Translations under genes and position numbers: made by a program | Shown here: piece after piece, positions 49,730 to 61,700 of the stretch | How positions within the stretch are numbered: position 1 is the first letter of the stretch | Layout of the letters: every line of letters begins with the position of its first letter | From: Oculina patagonica | Taxonomy: Eukaryota | NCBI RefSeq assembly: GCF_052425735.1 | Contig: NC_135767.1 | Span: 18,042,001 to 18,106,000, forward strand | Reading direction: 5' to 3' | DNA length: 64,000 nt | Notes under the pieces: model-generated | Seen by the model: only the letters and a program-made list of their open reading frames with translations | Database searches by the model: none | What the model was told of the DNA's origin: nothing

Positions 49730-50150
49730 GTACTTTGTAACAATAGCACGCCAAGACCCGCATTTTATACGATTTGTTGCCACGTAGGATTTCTCAGCGC
49801 ATTGCGAATCGTAAAACAATCTTTACTTTGAACAAACGTCTCTAAAACAGGTTAGCAGCTGAAGTTTTTTATTTGATCAAGAGCTTTACACGCTCTTCTT
49901 TTCTTTCTTTCTGATCGCGTGAAGTGTTTTTCATAGTGTCAAGGGCTTTGAAAGCGGTGACCTTTCACTGATATGAACATTGCATTTGACTTTATTCAGT
50001 TTTCAGCACGTATATTCAACAAAGAAAAACATGTTTAAAAGAAGTACAAATGTCAAATCAGCTGCCCGGACAAGTTTCGTACGTGATTCTTAACTTGAGC
50101 TTTTTCAATTACCCCATTACAAGAAATTTCTGCAATGTTAAGTTTTTGTG
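49730..50150 (-). promoter_or_regulatory. Conserved upstream/promoter block of the C genes (copies at ~56355-56760 and ~63425-63830)
   Basis: TTGAAAGCGGT...TTTCAC, CATT.GACTTTATTCAGTTT and ATCAGCTG are conserved at matching distances from all three ATGs, while the introns do not align by eye. Confidence 0.6.
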
Positions 50151-51635
50151 TTTCTCACGATTTAAAATTCCGGCGAAAAAATTTTCTCCTGACGGTCGCC
50201 GGTTTAATATCGAGAGAAAGAAGAAAAAATTCCCGGACACTACGTTGACGAACTGAATATATATAATTTTAAGGACTTAACAAATCCCACTTCCCTTATT
50301 CCCATAATATTTAAATCAACGCACTCAAAAGAACATTTTATATTATATAAGGTAAAATTGTCATGTTAACAAAAACCAAAAACTTTCAAAGGAATAATAT
50401 GAAAAACAAGCCACACAAAAAAAGAAATAAATGGAGAAAAGTTTTTGATTTAAGTAAACACTACATTTGCAATAATAAGAAATTTTCCGTCGTGCGTTTG
50501 TGTTGAATAGCGAAGCGCGCGAGAATGAAATGCAAATGAATATAACCATCACAAGGCTTAAAAAACATCAGCGTGTTCTTTGACAAATACATAGAAGGAA
50601 TCTAGGCGAAGTTTTCGTTTATTGAAAGTGTTTTAGGAATACCGGCTGCTTCAGAAAGTGTTTTAGAAAAATCGTCCGCCATTTCGGTTTGTTTGTCTGT
50701 GTCTTGTCTGAGTCGTGACGTCACTCACGCGAAATTGTACAGATTTGTGTGTCAGATGAAAAATTGTATTTGAATTAGGTTCAAATGATTGGATAAACAA
50801 TTAATATAAACCAAATCGTCATTTAAAAATTACATTTGCCAGACTGTAGCGTTTTGGTAATTCTAGCAAACCACGTTTGAACTCCAGAATTCTGTTTTTC
50901 TTTTCATGATTTTGAAGCCGCATTTGAATTTAGCGTCTGTCGTTAGGATCAAGGCGGTACAAACGAAAATCGAAAGTGTAGAAAGATTAGTTCGTCGCTT
51001 TTAAAACCTTAACATCACTTCTTTAACAGTCGAGTATTGGAACAAGTGAACACTTTGAGTCTTGAAAATTTTAACGGTGGACCGCGTGGATGCGATTTTG
51101 CTTATTAATACCGATTCTATGGGTTAAAGGAACTATGTGAGGGAACCTAAGCTTACAAGCCCCGTGGTTTTTTATTAGGTTCCCTCGCCATTTTGTTTCT
51201 AATCTTATATTATATTGTAGTGTTGTAAATTAATTATTATCTTGTATATTGATTTTGTATTATCTATATTTTCATAATTATATTTTTTGTTAGTGTGGCA
51301 AAATAAATAAATGTCGCGGGAATTTCGCAGTTTTTTGGTCTAAACTGTTCTGAAATAAGTGGTAGGCAACTTTATCCATGAAAAACTTTATCTTTGAACA
51401 TTTAACGGAAGATATAACCTTTATTTGGGGATAGAAATCAAACATCGGCTATGAATGTCGATTTTTTTGAAGGTGCGCGGAAACAACTTGAAAACGTTGG
51501 CAAACGTTTTAAATTGCAATCCATTTCCATCCGAGCCATCGTGTCGATAAAATTTATATCACATTAAACAGAGTAATATAAAAAATGTTTAGATAAGGAC
51601 TATCTAAAATAAACATTTAATCAGTCTGGTATATA

Positions 51636-51795
51636 CAGTTGAATCCCGATATCTCGAACCTTTAAGAGAAATCGTAAAAGGTTCGAGTTATCGGGGAGAA
51701 CATTAGTAAGAAAATGACCTGAAGGGGAATTGAAAAAGGTTTGAGTTGGCGAGGGGTTTGAGTTATTGAGGGTTCGAGTTGTCGGGATTCAACTG
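51636..51795. mobile_element. Tc1/mariner-type MITE, 160 bp
   Basis: TA-CAGTTGAATCCCGA...TCGGGATTCAACTG-TA. Confidence 0.9.
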
Positions 51796-51909
51796 TAGCT
51801 GGTTGTACCTGTTATTTCCACTGTTTGTCTCTCATAACAATACAAATTATTTTTCAGGTCACTTCTTTTATACTTATGGAGGTTCTATACTTTCGAAATG
51901 AAAGGTCGT

Positions 51910-52155
51910 TATTTTCGGGCATTGCTTTCGAAATGTCGGGATTCGCTGCGTTATTTTCTGGATTTGTCTCGTTACTCTCGGCATTTGCCGCGCTTTTTTT
52001 CGGGTTTTGCTGCGTTACACTCGGGAATTGCCGCGTTATTTTCGGCATTTGCCGCGCTTTTTTTCGGGTTTTGCTGCGTTACACTCGGGAATTGCCGCGT
52101 TATTTTCGGGATTTGTGGCGTTACTTTCGGGATTTGCCGCGTCACTTTCGGGAAC
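51910..52155. repeat. ~22-23 bp minisatellite (TCGGGATTTGCCGCGTTA.TTT), about 11 units
   Basis: Direct tandem repeats, including a near-identical 3-unit block; the pattern resumes at ~52810 after the LINE. Confidence 0.9.
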
Positions 52156-52810
52156 TGTAATGTAATGTAATGTAAAACTTTATTTAAACACGGAAAATCA
52201 TCAGTTACAATAATTTAAGTATTTAAAAAACTAAAACTAAAACTGCTTTACATGATTGCCGTGTGGGAATCCGATACGTCAGCTACCTTCTTGATAATTT
52301 TCTTAAAATTATTAACTGATACGGCATTTTTAAGACATTTGGGCATGTTATTCCAGAGCATAGCGCCGCAGTAAGAAAAGCTTCGTTTTAAATAGTTGGT
52401 ATTTGGTTTGGGTAGCGTCAGCTTTCCCTCAGAGTCTCTCAAGTTATAAACAGAGTGACGCTGAGAGAAAAGGTTTTGTAGGTAATCTGGGGTAAGTCCA
52501 TTCATGGTTTTAAACATTATTAAGGCTTTCTGTTTCTTTCTTCTAGAAAATAGCCTCTCCCAGTCGAGTGTGGAAAGGAGGTGGTTTGAACTCGTATCAA
52601 AAGGTGATTTAGTTATAACTCTGGCTGCACGGTTCTGTAATTTTTTGAGGTTGTCACTCAAATAACCACTCATACAGTCCCAAACGGGGCTGCTATAATC
52701 GAAATGTGGCATATTAAAGCGTTATAAATTTGAATTGCAGTTCCTTTCGATATAAAGGGACGCACTCGTTTAAGGGCGCCTATAGCCGAGGACACTTTTT
52801 TGCAAATCTG
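52156..52810 (-). mobile_element. 5'-truncated CR1/L2-group LINE (3' end of the RT ORF, 3'UTR and (TTACA)4 tail)
   Basis: ...ICKKVSSAIGALKRVRPFI...IYNALI / PHFDYSSPVW...KLQNRAARVIT...LPKPNTNYLKRSFSY.GA.LWN is the typical post-RT region; 1-nt frameshift at ~52713; tandem-repeat tail 52156-52175. Confidence 0.9.
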
Positions 52811-53303
52811 CCGTGTTACTTCAGGCATTTTCCGCGCGTGAAATTTTATCGCTATTTTCAGCGGATTTTTACGTTCGGAACATTACGGTAGTCAGAAAAA
52901 AGGATACACAAACGCACTTTCCATTGACTTTGATTTCTTTACAGAAATTTCTTTTTTTCCTTTAGAACCTCTCGAGTAGTCACTTAAAAAACGTCCTCCG
53001 GCAGTCGAGGAAATAAGTGCTAGTTTTGGACAGTCTTCGTTGAAGCACTCGGAAAAAAACTAGCGCGAGCGCTCACGAGAACTACGAGAACTACTGTTTA
53101 GCAACTTTTGGGTCAAAACCGCGGGCTGAGCCAATTCTCGGAGAAGTAATGTCGCCAAAATAAAGTAACACAAAAATAAAGTAACACAAAGAATCATGAA
53201 TTTTTTATTTTACTTGTTCATTAAAGTCTAAGTCGTGTTAGCTTTTCTTTAAACGAGCAACAAGCGTTCTTCGGGACATTGTTTTTCCTCTCGATCACGT
53301 GAC

Positions 53304-56300
53304 TTAGAAGTCACCTGACCCGGACCCAGATCCCCCTTCAGTTTCCATGCACTTTCCCCAGGTACTGTATGCTGATTTCTTCTCGCAGGCGTAACCGGAA
53401 ACACAGGGGCATTCTTGTGCATGCGCAGATGGCTGTAAAATAACAATTAAAATAACAGTTTAATGAAAAATGATAAGAATAACAAAAATGGCTAGGTTGA
53501 CGTCTGTAGAGGCGCGGTGGCCTAAAGGCTAGCGCACTGGACCCCGGATCGTTCGGTCCGGGCTTGGCCCTGGCTGGGGCAATTGTGTTGTGTTCTTGAG
53601 CAAGAAAATTTTCTCTCATAGTGCTTCTCTCCACCCAGGCATAAAAATGGTGCCGGAAAATTTGATACTGCATGGGGAAGGGGGTTATCCTGCGATAGAC
53701 TAGCATCCCTTCCAGTGTGGAATAGAAATACTCCTAGTCACTAAATGACGGAACCAAGATAAGCCCTTTACGGGATGGGCCACTTGGTTTGAACGCAGAC
53801 TTTACCCAATTTTATATGAAACCCCCCTATGTCGCGCATTTTTTAAGTAATTTCAACGCTAACTAACTGGTCATAGAATTGACTGAAAATCACAATAACG
53901 GTTCAAAACAGTACGATAACTCAAAAGAAACACAGAAAGGCCAAAAAGGAGCATGGATGGTAAAAATTCGAAAAGATTGAAACGGATTGTTTTCGGGTAA
54001 ATGTGAAAAACACCCGCCTTTTTTCAAGTTTATCTCAACTCGTGTGAAAGTGTCATTTTACAATGCTCGAAAATCGTCCTTTCTTGTTATGTGGCCACTC
54101 GAAGACTTTTTGTTTAACTAAATAGCATGAACAAAAAGCTAGTTAGTAACATGTCATGTTTTATTTGTTTGCGTACCTTCAATAGGCACCATTGCCCAGG
54201 CTGGCGCATGGGCTTGCACAATCCGCTCTTTCCCGCCACCATTGCACAGCACTCGCCTTTGTCGCAATCTCCCTCACTCGTGCAGAAGCCTGGGATTGGC
54301 TTACAAAGCCCGTGCACACATTGGTCGCCAAGTTTGCACTCATAGTCGCGGTTACATTCCCTCTTTTTGCATTTCCCTACAAGATGACAACAAAAAATAG
54401 ATTCTTTCTCAGTCTCACTATTTTAACATTAATAATAAATAGAAGGGCTTTAACCAATGCGTCTCAGGTTAATAGGCCTTATCACGGTTAAATTAATTTA
54501 TTTTCTAATTTCAATTAATTTCTTTATTTTTAAACTATATCAGTTTCTGTAAAAAAATTTGCGGCGCTAAGGTCAGAATTCAATTAACTCATCACAAAAC
54601 CGAAAATGTTGTTGCGTGTGTCATTACGTGTTTGAAGCATTTGCGCACAAATTCAGGGCCGTAACCAGGCAAGAACTTTCTTTTAGTAGGAAGTTCTGGG
54701 GACATGCTCTATAGAAAATTTGGAGAACAAGAAGCTCTGAAACTCTTTCATAAGCATTTTTCAAAAAGGAATTTCTTGAAAAAATCAATCTTGTTTAACT
54801 AAGAATTATGTTTCAAACTAAACGTATTTTGAATGTGATAAATGAATCATTTCATATACATTACATCACTAAACGTATTTTGTTTTTAATTTTGGATTCT
54901 AATCAAGACGAGGCAAGTGCCTCGTCTTGCCTCTTGCTAGTTACGCCCCTGAAACTCTTCGTGTTTCCAAATATGGTACTCGGCGAAAGTTAATATTCAA
55001 ACGCTGTGAACGCGTGTTACACGTTTCACCCCTTAAGCTTCAGCCAAATGCACGCAACATTTCAACGCCACATATCCCAACATTGTTGCGCACAGCATGT
55101 TGCAATCGTTGGTCGCCCTGTTGCAACATGTTGGACCAAGTTTGAAAATGGTCACATTTTCTCCCAACATCTCGCAACATTGTTGGATGTTGCATGATGG
55201 ACTCGTTCGGCCACGTTCGTGCAACATTGTTGAGCTGGAGCATTCGCACTAGTTCGATTTGCGCCATCCAACAAACATATCGCAACAGGGTGGCCAAACG
55301 TTTGCAACATGTTGTGCACAACAATGTTGGGATATGTTGCGTTGAAATGTTGCGTGCGTTTGGCCGGGCCTTTATGAGTTTCTGATATATAAAAACAAAC
55401 ACCAATACTCACTTTCAACACACACGTATCCCACTTTACAGTAGTTGTCGGCATAGCAATAAGCTACATAATCCTTACAGTACCCTGGGTAATGACAAGC
55501 ATCATTTCCTGGACAGTCGCTGTGTTTGACACACTCTCGTTTTTGACAGAGCCCATCCTTGCACATATTCCCTCGGCTACACTGGTTTTGACCGTAGCAC
55601 CTTCTCACGCCCTTTCTACAAGCATGTCGGTATAGGTCGCAGTACTGGTCTTTGGGGCAATGTGCGTGATGCGTACATGGTCTTTTTGCTTTGCATTGAT
55701 AATCATAGTTTGTGCAGTAGAAGCCATCGACGCAATAACTGTTACCACATTGTATCTGAAAGAGAGACAGAGTCAAATTGAAACATGCCTCGCAGTGGGT
55801 GTAGCTTATATTGGTCGTCACTGAGTATAATCGAAACGAATTTTAAGCTAAAACCAAATAAACAAGTAAGCTGTATCCTTTGCCTTTCAAATATCAATTA
55901 ACACTGAACGTAACCGAAGAAAACTATTTTAAACCGTGTTTAAACTAAAGAGCTTTTAAAAAGACTATTTTACAAAATGGCTACACGTGAGATTTTTCCT
56001 ATTGTTAACATGTTTCTTGTGAGGTTTGAAATTCATTTTCTCGGGCTCTGATAAGAAAGTGTTGTTGGCCTTACCATGGATAATTACTTATAACTTTTCC
56101 TTTTAAAAAGGTTACAAAATGACATACTAGGATCTAAGTTATTGCGATACTCGATTTTTGGCCAACTCAAATTAATATTACTCGATTTCCTGATGGATTC
56201 CGTCTTATTCTTCTACTCTTTGAAGCAAATACTTACATAATCTTGATCGTCTTCTAATTTGACCTCTCCGTAAATAAGAACAGCTAACGAAATCAGCGTT

Positions 56301-56323
56301 GTAAAGCCAAGAAGAAACTGCAT
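53304..56323 (-). CDS. C2: secreted cysteine-rich protein, 252 aa, paralog of C1; join(56237..56323, 55413..55755, 54177..54376, 53304..53432)
   Basis: GT-AG introns with phases 0,1,0; 87+343+200+129=759 nt, open; MQFLLGFTTLISLAVLIYG signal; ends CPCVSGYAC...WGKCMETEGGSGSGSGDF*; AATAAA at 53204-53209. Confidence 0.9.
53507..53806 (+). mobile_element. tRNA-derived SINE in C2 intron 3
   Basis: GAGGCGCGGTGGCCTA head, degenerate B box, CTCTCCACCCAGG.ATAAA.ATGG conserved central domain, ACTTTACC tail. Confidence 0.8.
55036..55371. mobile_element. PIF/Harbinger-type MITE in C2 intron 2
   Basis: TTA-AGCTTCAGCCAAATGCACGCAACATTTCAACGC...GCGTTGAAATGTTGCGTGCGTTTGGCCGGGCCT-TTA. Confidence 0.88.
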
Positions 56324-57762
56324 CTTGAATTTACTCGCGCCAAGAAGCCTACGATCCTTTGTAACGATAGAAGGAGAAACCTCGCATCTTATACAATTTG
56401 ATGCCACGTAAGAAAATCCCCACACATTGTGAGCCAAAAAAAGTCTGTACTCTGAACAAATGTTTGTGAGACATGTTAACAGCTTAATATTTTTATTTGC
56501 CTAAACGTTTTACACGATTTCTTTTTAATCGCGTGAAATGTTTGTTATGGCGCTAAAGGCTTTGAAAGCGGTACCCTTTCACTGACACAAACATTTCATT
56601 CGACTTTATTCAGTTTTCGGCAAGTTTATTTAACAAAAGGGAGCATGTCTAGAAAAAATGAAAAGATATTATATCAGCTGTCAGGTTTGGTACTTGAGTC
56701 GCAAGGAGAGTCTTTTAAAGTAGCTTATCACAGAAATTTTTGCGACGTCAAATTTCGCGTTCATGTTTTTGCGAGATCCTTTTCAAATCGAATAAATTTA
56801 ATGGCCCGAGAAAATGATGCTGCAAAAATGAGTAAGCTTAAAAATAATATGACGATATTGAAAATGAATATGTCAATGTTAAAGAGATAATAACCGTTTA
56901 TAATGAGTTTCTTCTTATAACTCTATTCTTTAATTACATCTTTCATGAAGTAGTTCTTAAAGGGACTGTGTCATGGCTGATTGAAGTTTATTTTGTTTAG
57001 TTTTGCCAAATACTCGCTATGAATCCTAATGTTTGCAAAGGAATTACTTCTAGGGATCTAAAGGACAAAACCATAGCTTCATTAAAACCAAATTTGTCTC
57101 TCGGGCGATAAAATTTAAAGTTATAAGCAAACGAGATTAACTTTGAAAACTGTTCAGCCCAACAATATTTCCAAAAAAAAAACATATCGCAATCTGTTTC
57201 AATCTTCGTCACTTTTGGCCATTCGTACCTTCTTTTGTCTTTTTTGTGTTATCCAAATGTCCCTTCACTGTTTTAAGAGGTTATTTTTTTATATTTCCAC
57301 CAGCTATAAGTAAATTTTGCAGATCATAAATCTCAGCTATAAGAAAAAACCTCATCTAGACCCACTAACTGATAGCTTTTATAACTTGCATGAGACACTA
57401 TTTGTTTTGGGGATTTTTAACTCGCTTTTCAGTCTTTTCACGTTTGGAATGTTTGATCAAAACGCCGATAAAAAATTAATGATGAAAATAAAACTAAATG
57501 GAGAAAAATTTTTGCAAAGTCGCGAAGCTTCAGTGTAGCAAAATATCGTCTGTCCAAAATCGTGAAATTCAGCTTTCACGGCAGTTTGTCTGTAATAAGA
57601 TATTCGCTGTTCACTTAATTTCCACATTTAAATGCTTGCTATTTATTGAAGTCAGCTGCAAAAATAAATATATGGGCATTTGAACCATTCGACCCACGTA
57701 TCAACTCGACGCTTATCTAGTACAGGCAAAAAGTTAGACATAGAAAGTAGGTAAAAGGGATA

Positions 57763-58075
57763 CCGTAAAATTTCGGTAAAAAGCCCTGAGCTTATACAAC
57801 TTCGTAAGGGGTTTTGTGTGGGTTTATAAGCGGAGGGGCTTATATCCGGGAGGGCATAAAAGCGGAATAAAAAAACGCATTGAAACGAGCCAGCAGTGTT
57901 GATCGAAATTCGTTTTTAAGTTAAAAACGCAAAATAAAGCAGCATTTAGCCCTGTTCAGTACAGTCATCCAGTAAAGGGGGGCTTATATCCGGGAGGGCT
58001 TATAATCGGATGTATTTTATTGTTTCCAGGTAGATGGGCCTATAACCGGGGGAAGCTTAAACCGGAATTTTACGG
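57763..58075. mobile_element. Tc1/mariner (pogo-like) MITE, copy B (inverted relative to 45744..46081)
   Basis: TA-CCGTAAAATTTCGG...CCGGAATTTTACGG-TA; internal sequence is the reverse complement of copy A. Confidence 0.88.
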
Positions 58076-58249
58076 TATTTGTTTTAAATGACCTTTATTA
58101 CGAATGCAATAAATTACTTTGTATAATGTAATACAAATTCTTCTCCATGATATTTGATATATATTTTTTAAGTATGCAAAACCTTAATTTCAATGTCAAA
58201 GGAATAAGTTTCAGCGAAACTAATAAACTAAACTGATGAATGTTTTTAA

Positions 58250-58674
58250 GGTCATTGCCCCGAAATAGAATTGAACAAAGATTTTCAACCAAATTTTGCC
58301 AAGTGTTGATTAAAAAAATAAAATAAAAAGTGGGGTCTCCATATTCTTTTAGGAGCAGGAAGACCTTGTATATACCACATAATTCCTTAACAATTCCCTT
58401 GCGAGTACTGCAAAGTATACATTTCCAGTGATAATTTATTTTTCAAACATAGGAATTCATCTGTTTTCGTTTTACAGAAAGAACTTTATCGCTACACCCA
58501 AAATCTGAGAAAAATTGAGAGGTCACCGAACTCATTTACGAGAAAGAGACGAATTATTTTTCTTGCGGACTAAGCCGCATAGAAAAAAAGCCGCCATTTT
58601 GTTTATGTGCGCGCGCTAATTACTCGTAAATTTCTGCGCAGTAAGGATGCGCAATGCAATACAGGACAATGACC
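58250..58674. mobile_element. TTAA-targeting non-autonomous element (Kolobok-like), related to 15251..15896
   Basis: TTAA-GGTCATTGCCC...GGACAATGACC-TTAA; shares GAAATAGAA and TGCGCAG.AAGGATGCGCAATGCAATAC subterminal motifs. Confidence 0.85.
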
Positions 58675-58798
58675 TTAAGGAAAGAGTCGCGAAAAAAAGA
58701 GTAAGGCAAAATTTCATCACAATCTATGTTTATTGATTTTTCTTTCACAAGAGGTACGCTATATTCTAGAACATTGTGTTTTCTTTTGTTCACGTGAC

Positions 58799-61700
58799 TC
58801 AGAAGTCATCCAATCCGGAGCCAGACCCAGATCCCCCATCGGTTGCTATGCATTTACCCCAGTAGTAGCTGCTTGTCGTCATCTGGCAAACATATCCAGA
58901 CACGCAAGGACAGGCCATTATAGATTGCTGCGAAACAAGATAAAAACACTATTGAAGAAAATGTGATGGATATTTCTAACTAAAAGTTGCCTCGGGAAAA
59001 AACACAATGCCGCGTGAGAGCTTGAATCTGACCTCCCAAAGTCAGATACAGCCAAACCTCTACTTACAGATACCTCACGGGCAGTTTACGTCGTTCCAGA
59101 GATGACAGAATTCATATAACAGGCTCCTGAAGGGGTGTTTAATCCCATTTTTTCCCAGCCAAAATTTTGCCCGAATCCCATTTCCCACTCTATTGATTTC
59201 CCAAATGTTCCCATATCCATAGATTCTTGGTTTTAGGCCATCGTAACTTGATTAAAAATATGAAACAAAATTAAGGAGACTTAATACTGCTGAAGATCAA
59301 TTGTCTCAGTCTAGGTTCCAGACCCCTTTCATAACAATATATAAATAGTTGTCTAAAATTTGTAACGGTCATACTTTTGAATATGTATGTAGCTTAGAAT
59401 ACGAAACGACAAGTTAGTAAAATGCGATTTTTCATAATTTTTATTACCGCTGTTTGTTTCATTTTTTCCCAAATCCATGTCCCAGTTCTATTGTTTTTGT
59501 TTGTGGTTCCCAGTCCAAGTGATACAAAACTCATTTTCCCAGTGAAAATTTGCGCAAAACACAGTTCCCATTTCACCCCTGCAGGCCCCTCGTATAATCT
59601 TTGCCTCTATAATACGGACCCCTCTATGGCACCGACACTTTACTTCAAACCAAAAGAGGAGTTCTGAGTCGCGAGTGATGAAATGTAAAGGCTCGTTGTA
59701 TATTCATCGCATGTCGAGATTCCCTTACCTTTAATGGACACCAGTCGTCCCCAGGCTTGCTCATATTCTTGCACAGTCCATGTGGGTTGTGTCCAGCCTT
59801 GGCACAGCACTGGTCTTTGTCGCAGTCCTTGTCATTTGAGCAGAATCCAGGTATAGGCTTGCAGAATCCATTTACACATTTGTCACCAAGTTTGCAGTTG
59901 TGGTCGCCGTTGCATTCTCGTTTTTTGCACCGTTCTACAAACAAACAAATAAGGTACATTCTCAGCAAAAGGATTGTCGCCGAGTTGTTGTGTATCTATG
60001 ATACACAAAGCTATGAATACAACGACTGGAGTCTAATCAGTGGCAGCTCCAGACCTTCAGGTAAGTTAGAGGCCCGATCATCCAGACCCTGGAAATAGGG
60101 GGAAGGGGGGGGGGGCTCTCAAAAATAATTTTTCTCGACCCTTTGGGCCTTAGTTTGGCTTAAAAATAAGGTGGGGCCCGGGGGCGCAGCCCCCCCCCAC
60201 CCCCCCAAATAATCCTAGCAGGGTTACAGCTGTAGGACATGTTAAAGGGTAGAGGTCAAACAAAGAGTGGTCATCTGCTTCTCCAGGTTGGAGGGTGACA
60301 TATAGCAACTTAAACTCCATAGATTTAAATATATAATAATAAGCAACCATGTATTGTTTTGTTTTGTTTTTTAGAGATGGGTAAGTACATGAGTGCGTTT
60401 AGTTACCGTACAAGTCCATTCATTTATCAATGACACAAAAATAAAGAAGATTTTTTCAGTTTTGTAGTTTCGTACAAAAGACCAACGATTGGTATTATCC
60501 CATAATGGCCCCAATGCCTAAATCGTATTGGTGCAATACAATATAATATTCTGAATTAACGACTTTACAATTACTGGACTTCTCGGCTTTTCGGCTCAGT
60601 TGCTGTGACAACTTCGAGTCCAACTTTTCTGTGAGCGAATAGTCCACTCTGAATACTGAATGCTATGTTTACCCTCGGATTTCTTGAGTAGCTTCAATCA
60701 GCTAAGGTCTCCGAGCACTCCCCATCCAACCTAAACAGTACATCAGGTAAAGACCAGACCACAACACAAGAAATTCTGTGTCCTACTCATTACGATAAGT
60801 GTGTGGGTCCTTTAACTCCGGATCCTTTGCTGACCTAACACTGAAGATGTTACTAGAGACGAGGTCAACGGTATATCGTCTTCTAATCATTTGCAGATCT
60901 CATTGCATTGACGTCTCGCTCAAAAAAAATACTCAGGCTTTTAGTCTAAATGTTAAGACGGATTCCGCTGAAAGTTCAAGCAATGCATGAGTGCAAAAAA
61001 AAAGTACCAAAAACCTACGCAAAGTATGGTAACATTTTGTATACTATTTGAAACATCTTACTGAAATTCGTTTGCCTAATTAAGTGACCCGTGATTAAAC
61101 TCTAAAGCATTCTCGAGAAAATTAAAATCAAACCTCTCAAAAATCTTTAAAACGCGCCATTTTGTGAAACGTCCCTTTTACCTGAAATGTAGATCATTTC
61201 AAATCCATTTTTCTTCGCGGGTTCAGCTTGAGAACTAAAGTTTTGGTAGGTTTTTGATAGCTGTACTCAAACTGTTAACATGCTATGAGATCTCTGTGGT
61301 AACTTTATTTTTGCTTGTATTGCTCGAATGTTCAGCGGAAACAATCTTAAATACTTAACTTGATATTGTCAGAATAAAAACACTCACTATCGACACAGAT
61401 GTAGCCATTTTTGCAGTAGCTGTCATAGCGGCAGTAAGGTTCGTAGTCCTCGCAGATCCCAGGGGGATATTTGCAGGCCTGGTTACCGGGACACTCCGTG
61501 TGTCTGGTACACTCACTCTTCTGACAGATCCCTTCCTTGCAACCCAAGTTTCTGGACCCACAATCCCAATGGGAATGGCATTTTCTTACACCCTCCTTAC
61601 AGACTCCCAGGCTCGTGTCGCAGTACTGTTCTTCTTGGCAGTGTGCATGGTGGTTACAGAGTTGCTACAATAAATAAATACAGTAAAAACCCGAGAGTAA

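Noticed and set aside
51910-52155. CRISPR array, or the 90-111 aa repetitive ORFs
   Set aside because: Contiguous degenerate repeats with no unique spacers and no cas genes, in a eukaryotic context; the ORFs are by-products of the minisatellite.
55006-55454. Several Cys-rich ORFs next to C2 exon 2
   Set aside because: They derive from the CAACA/TGTTG-rich Harbinger-type MITE and are absent in C1 and C3.
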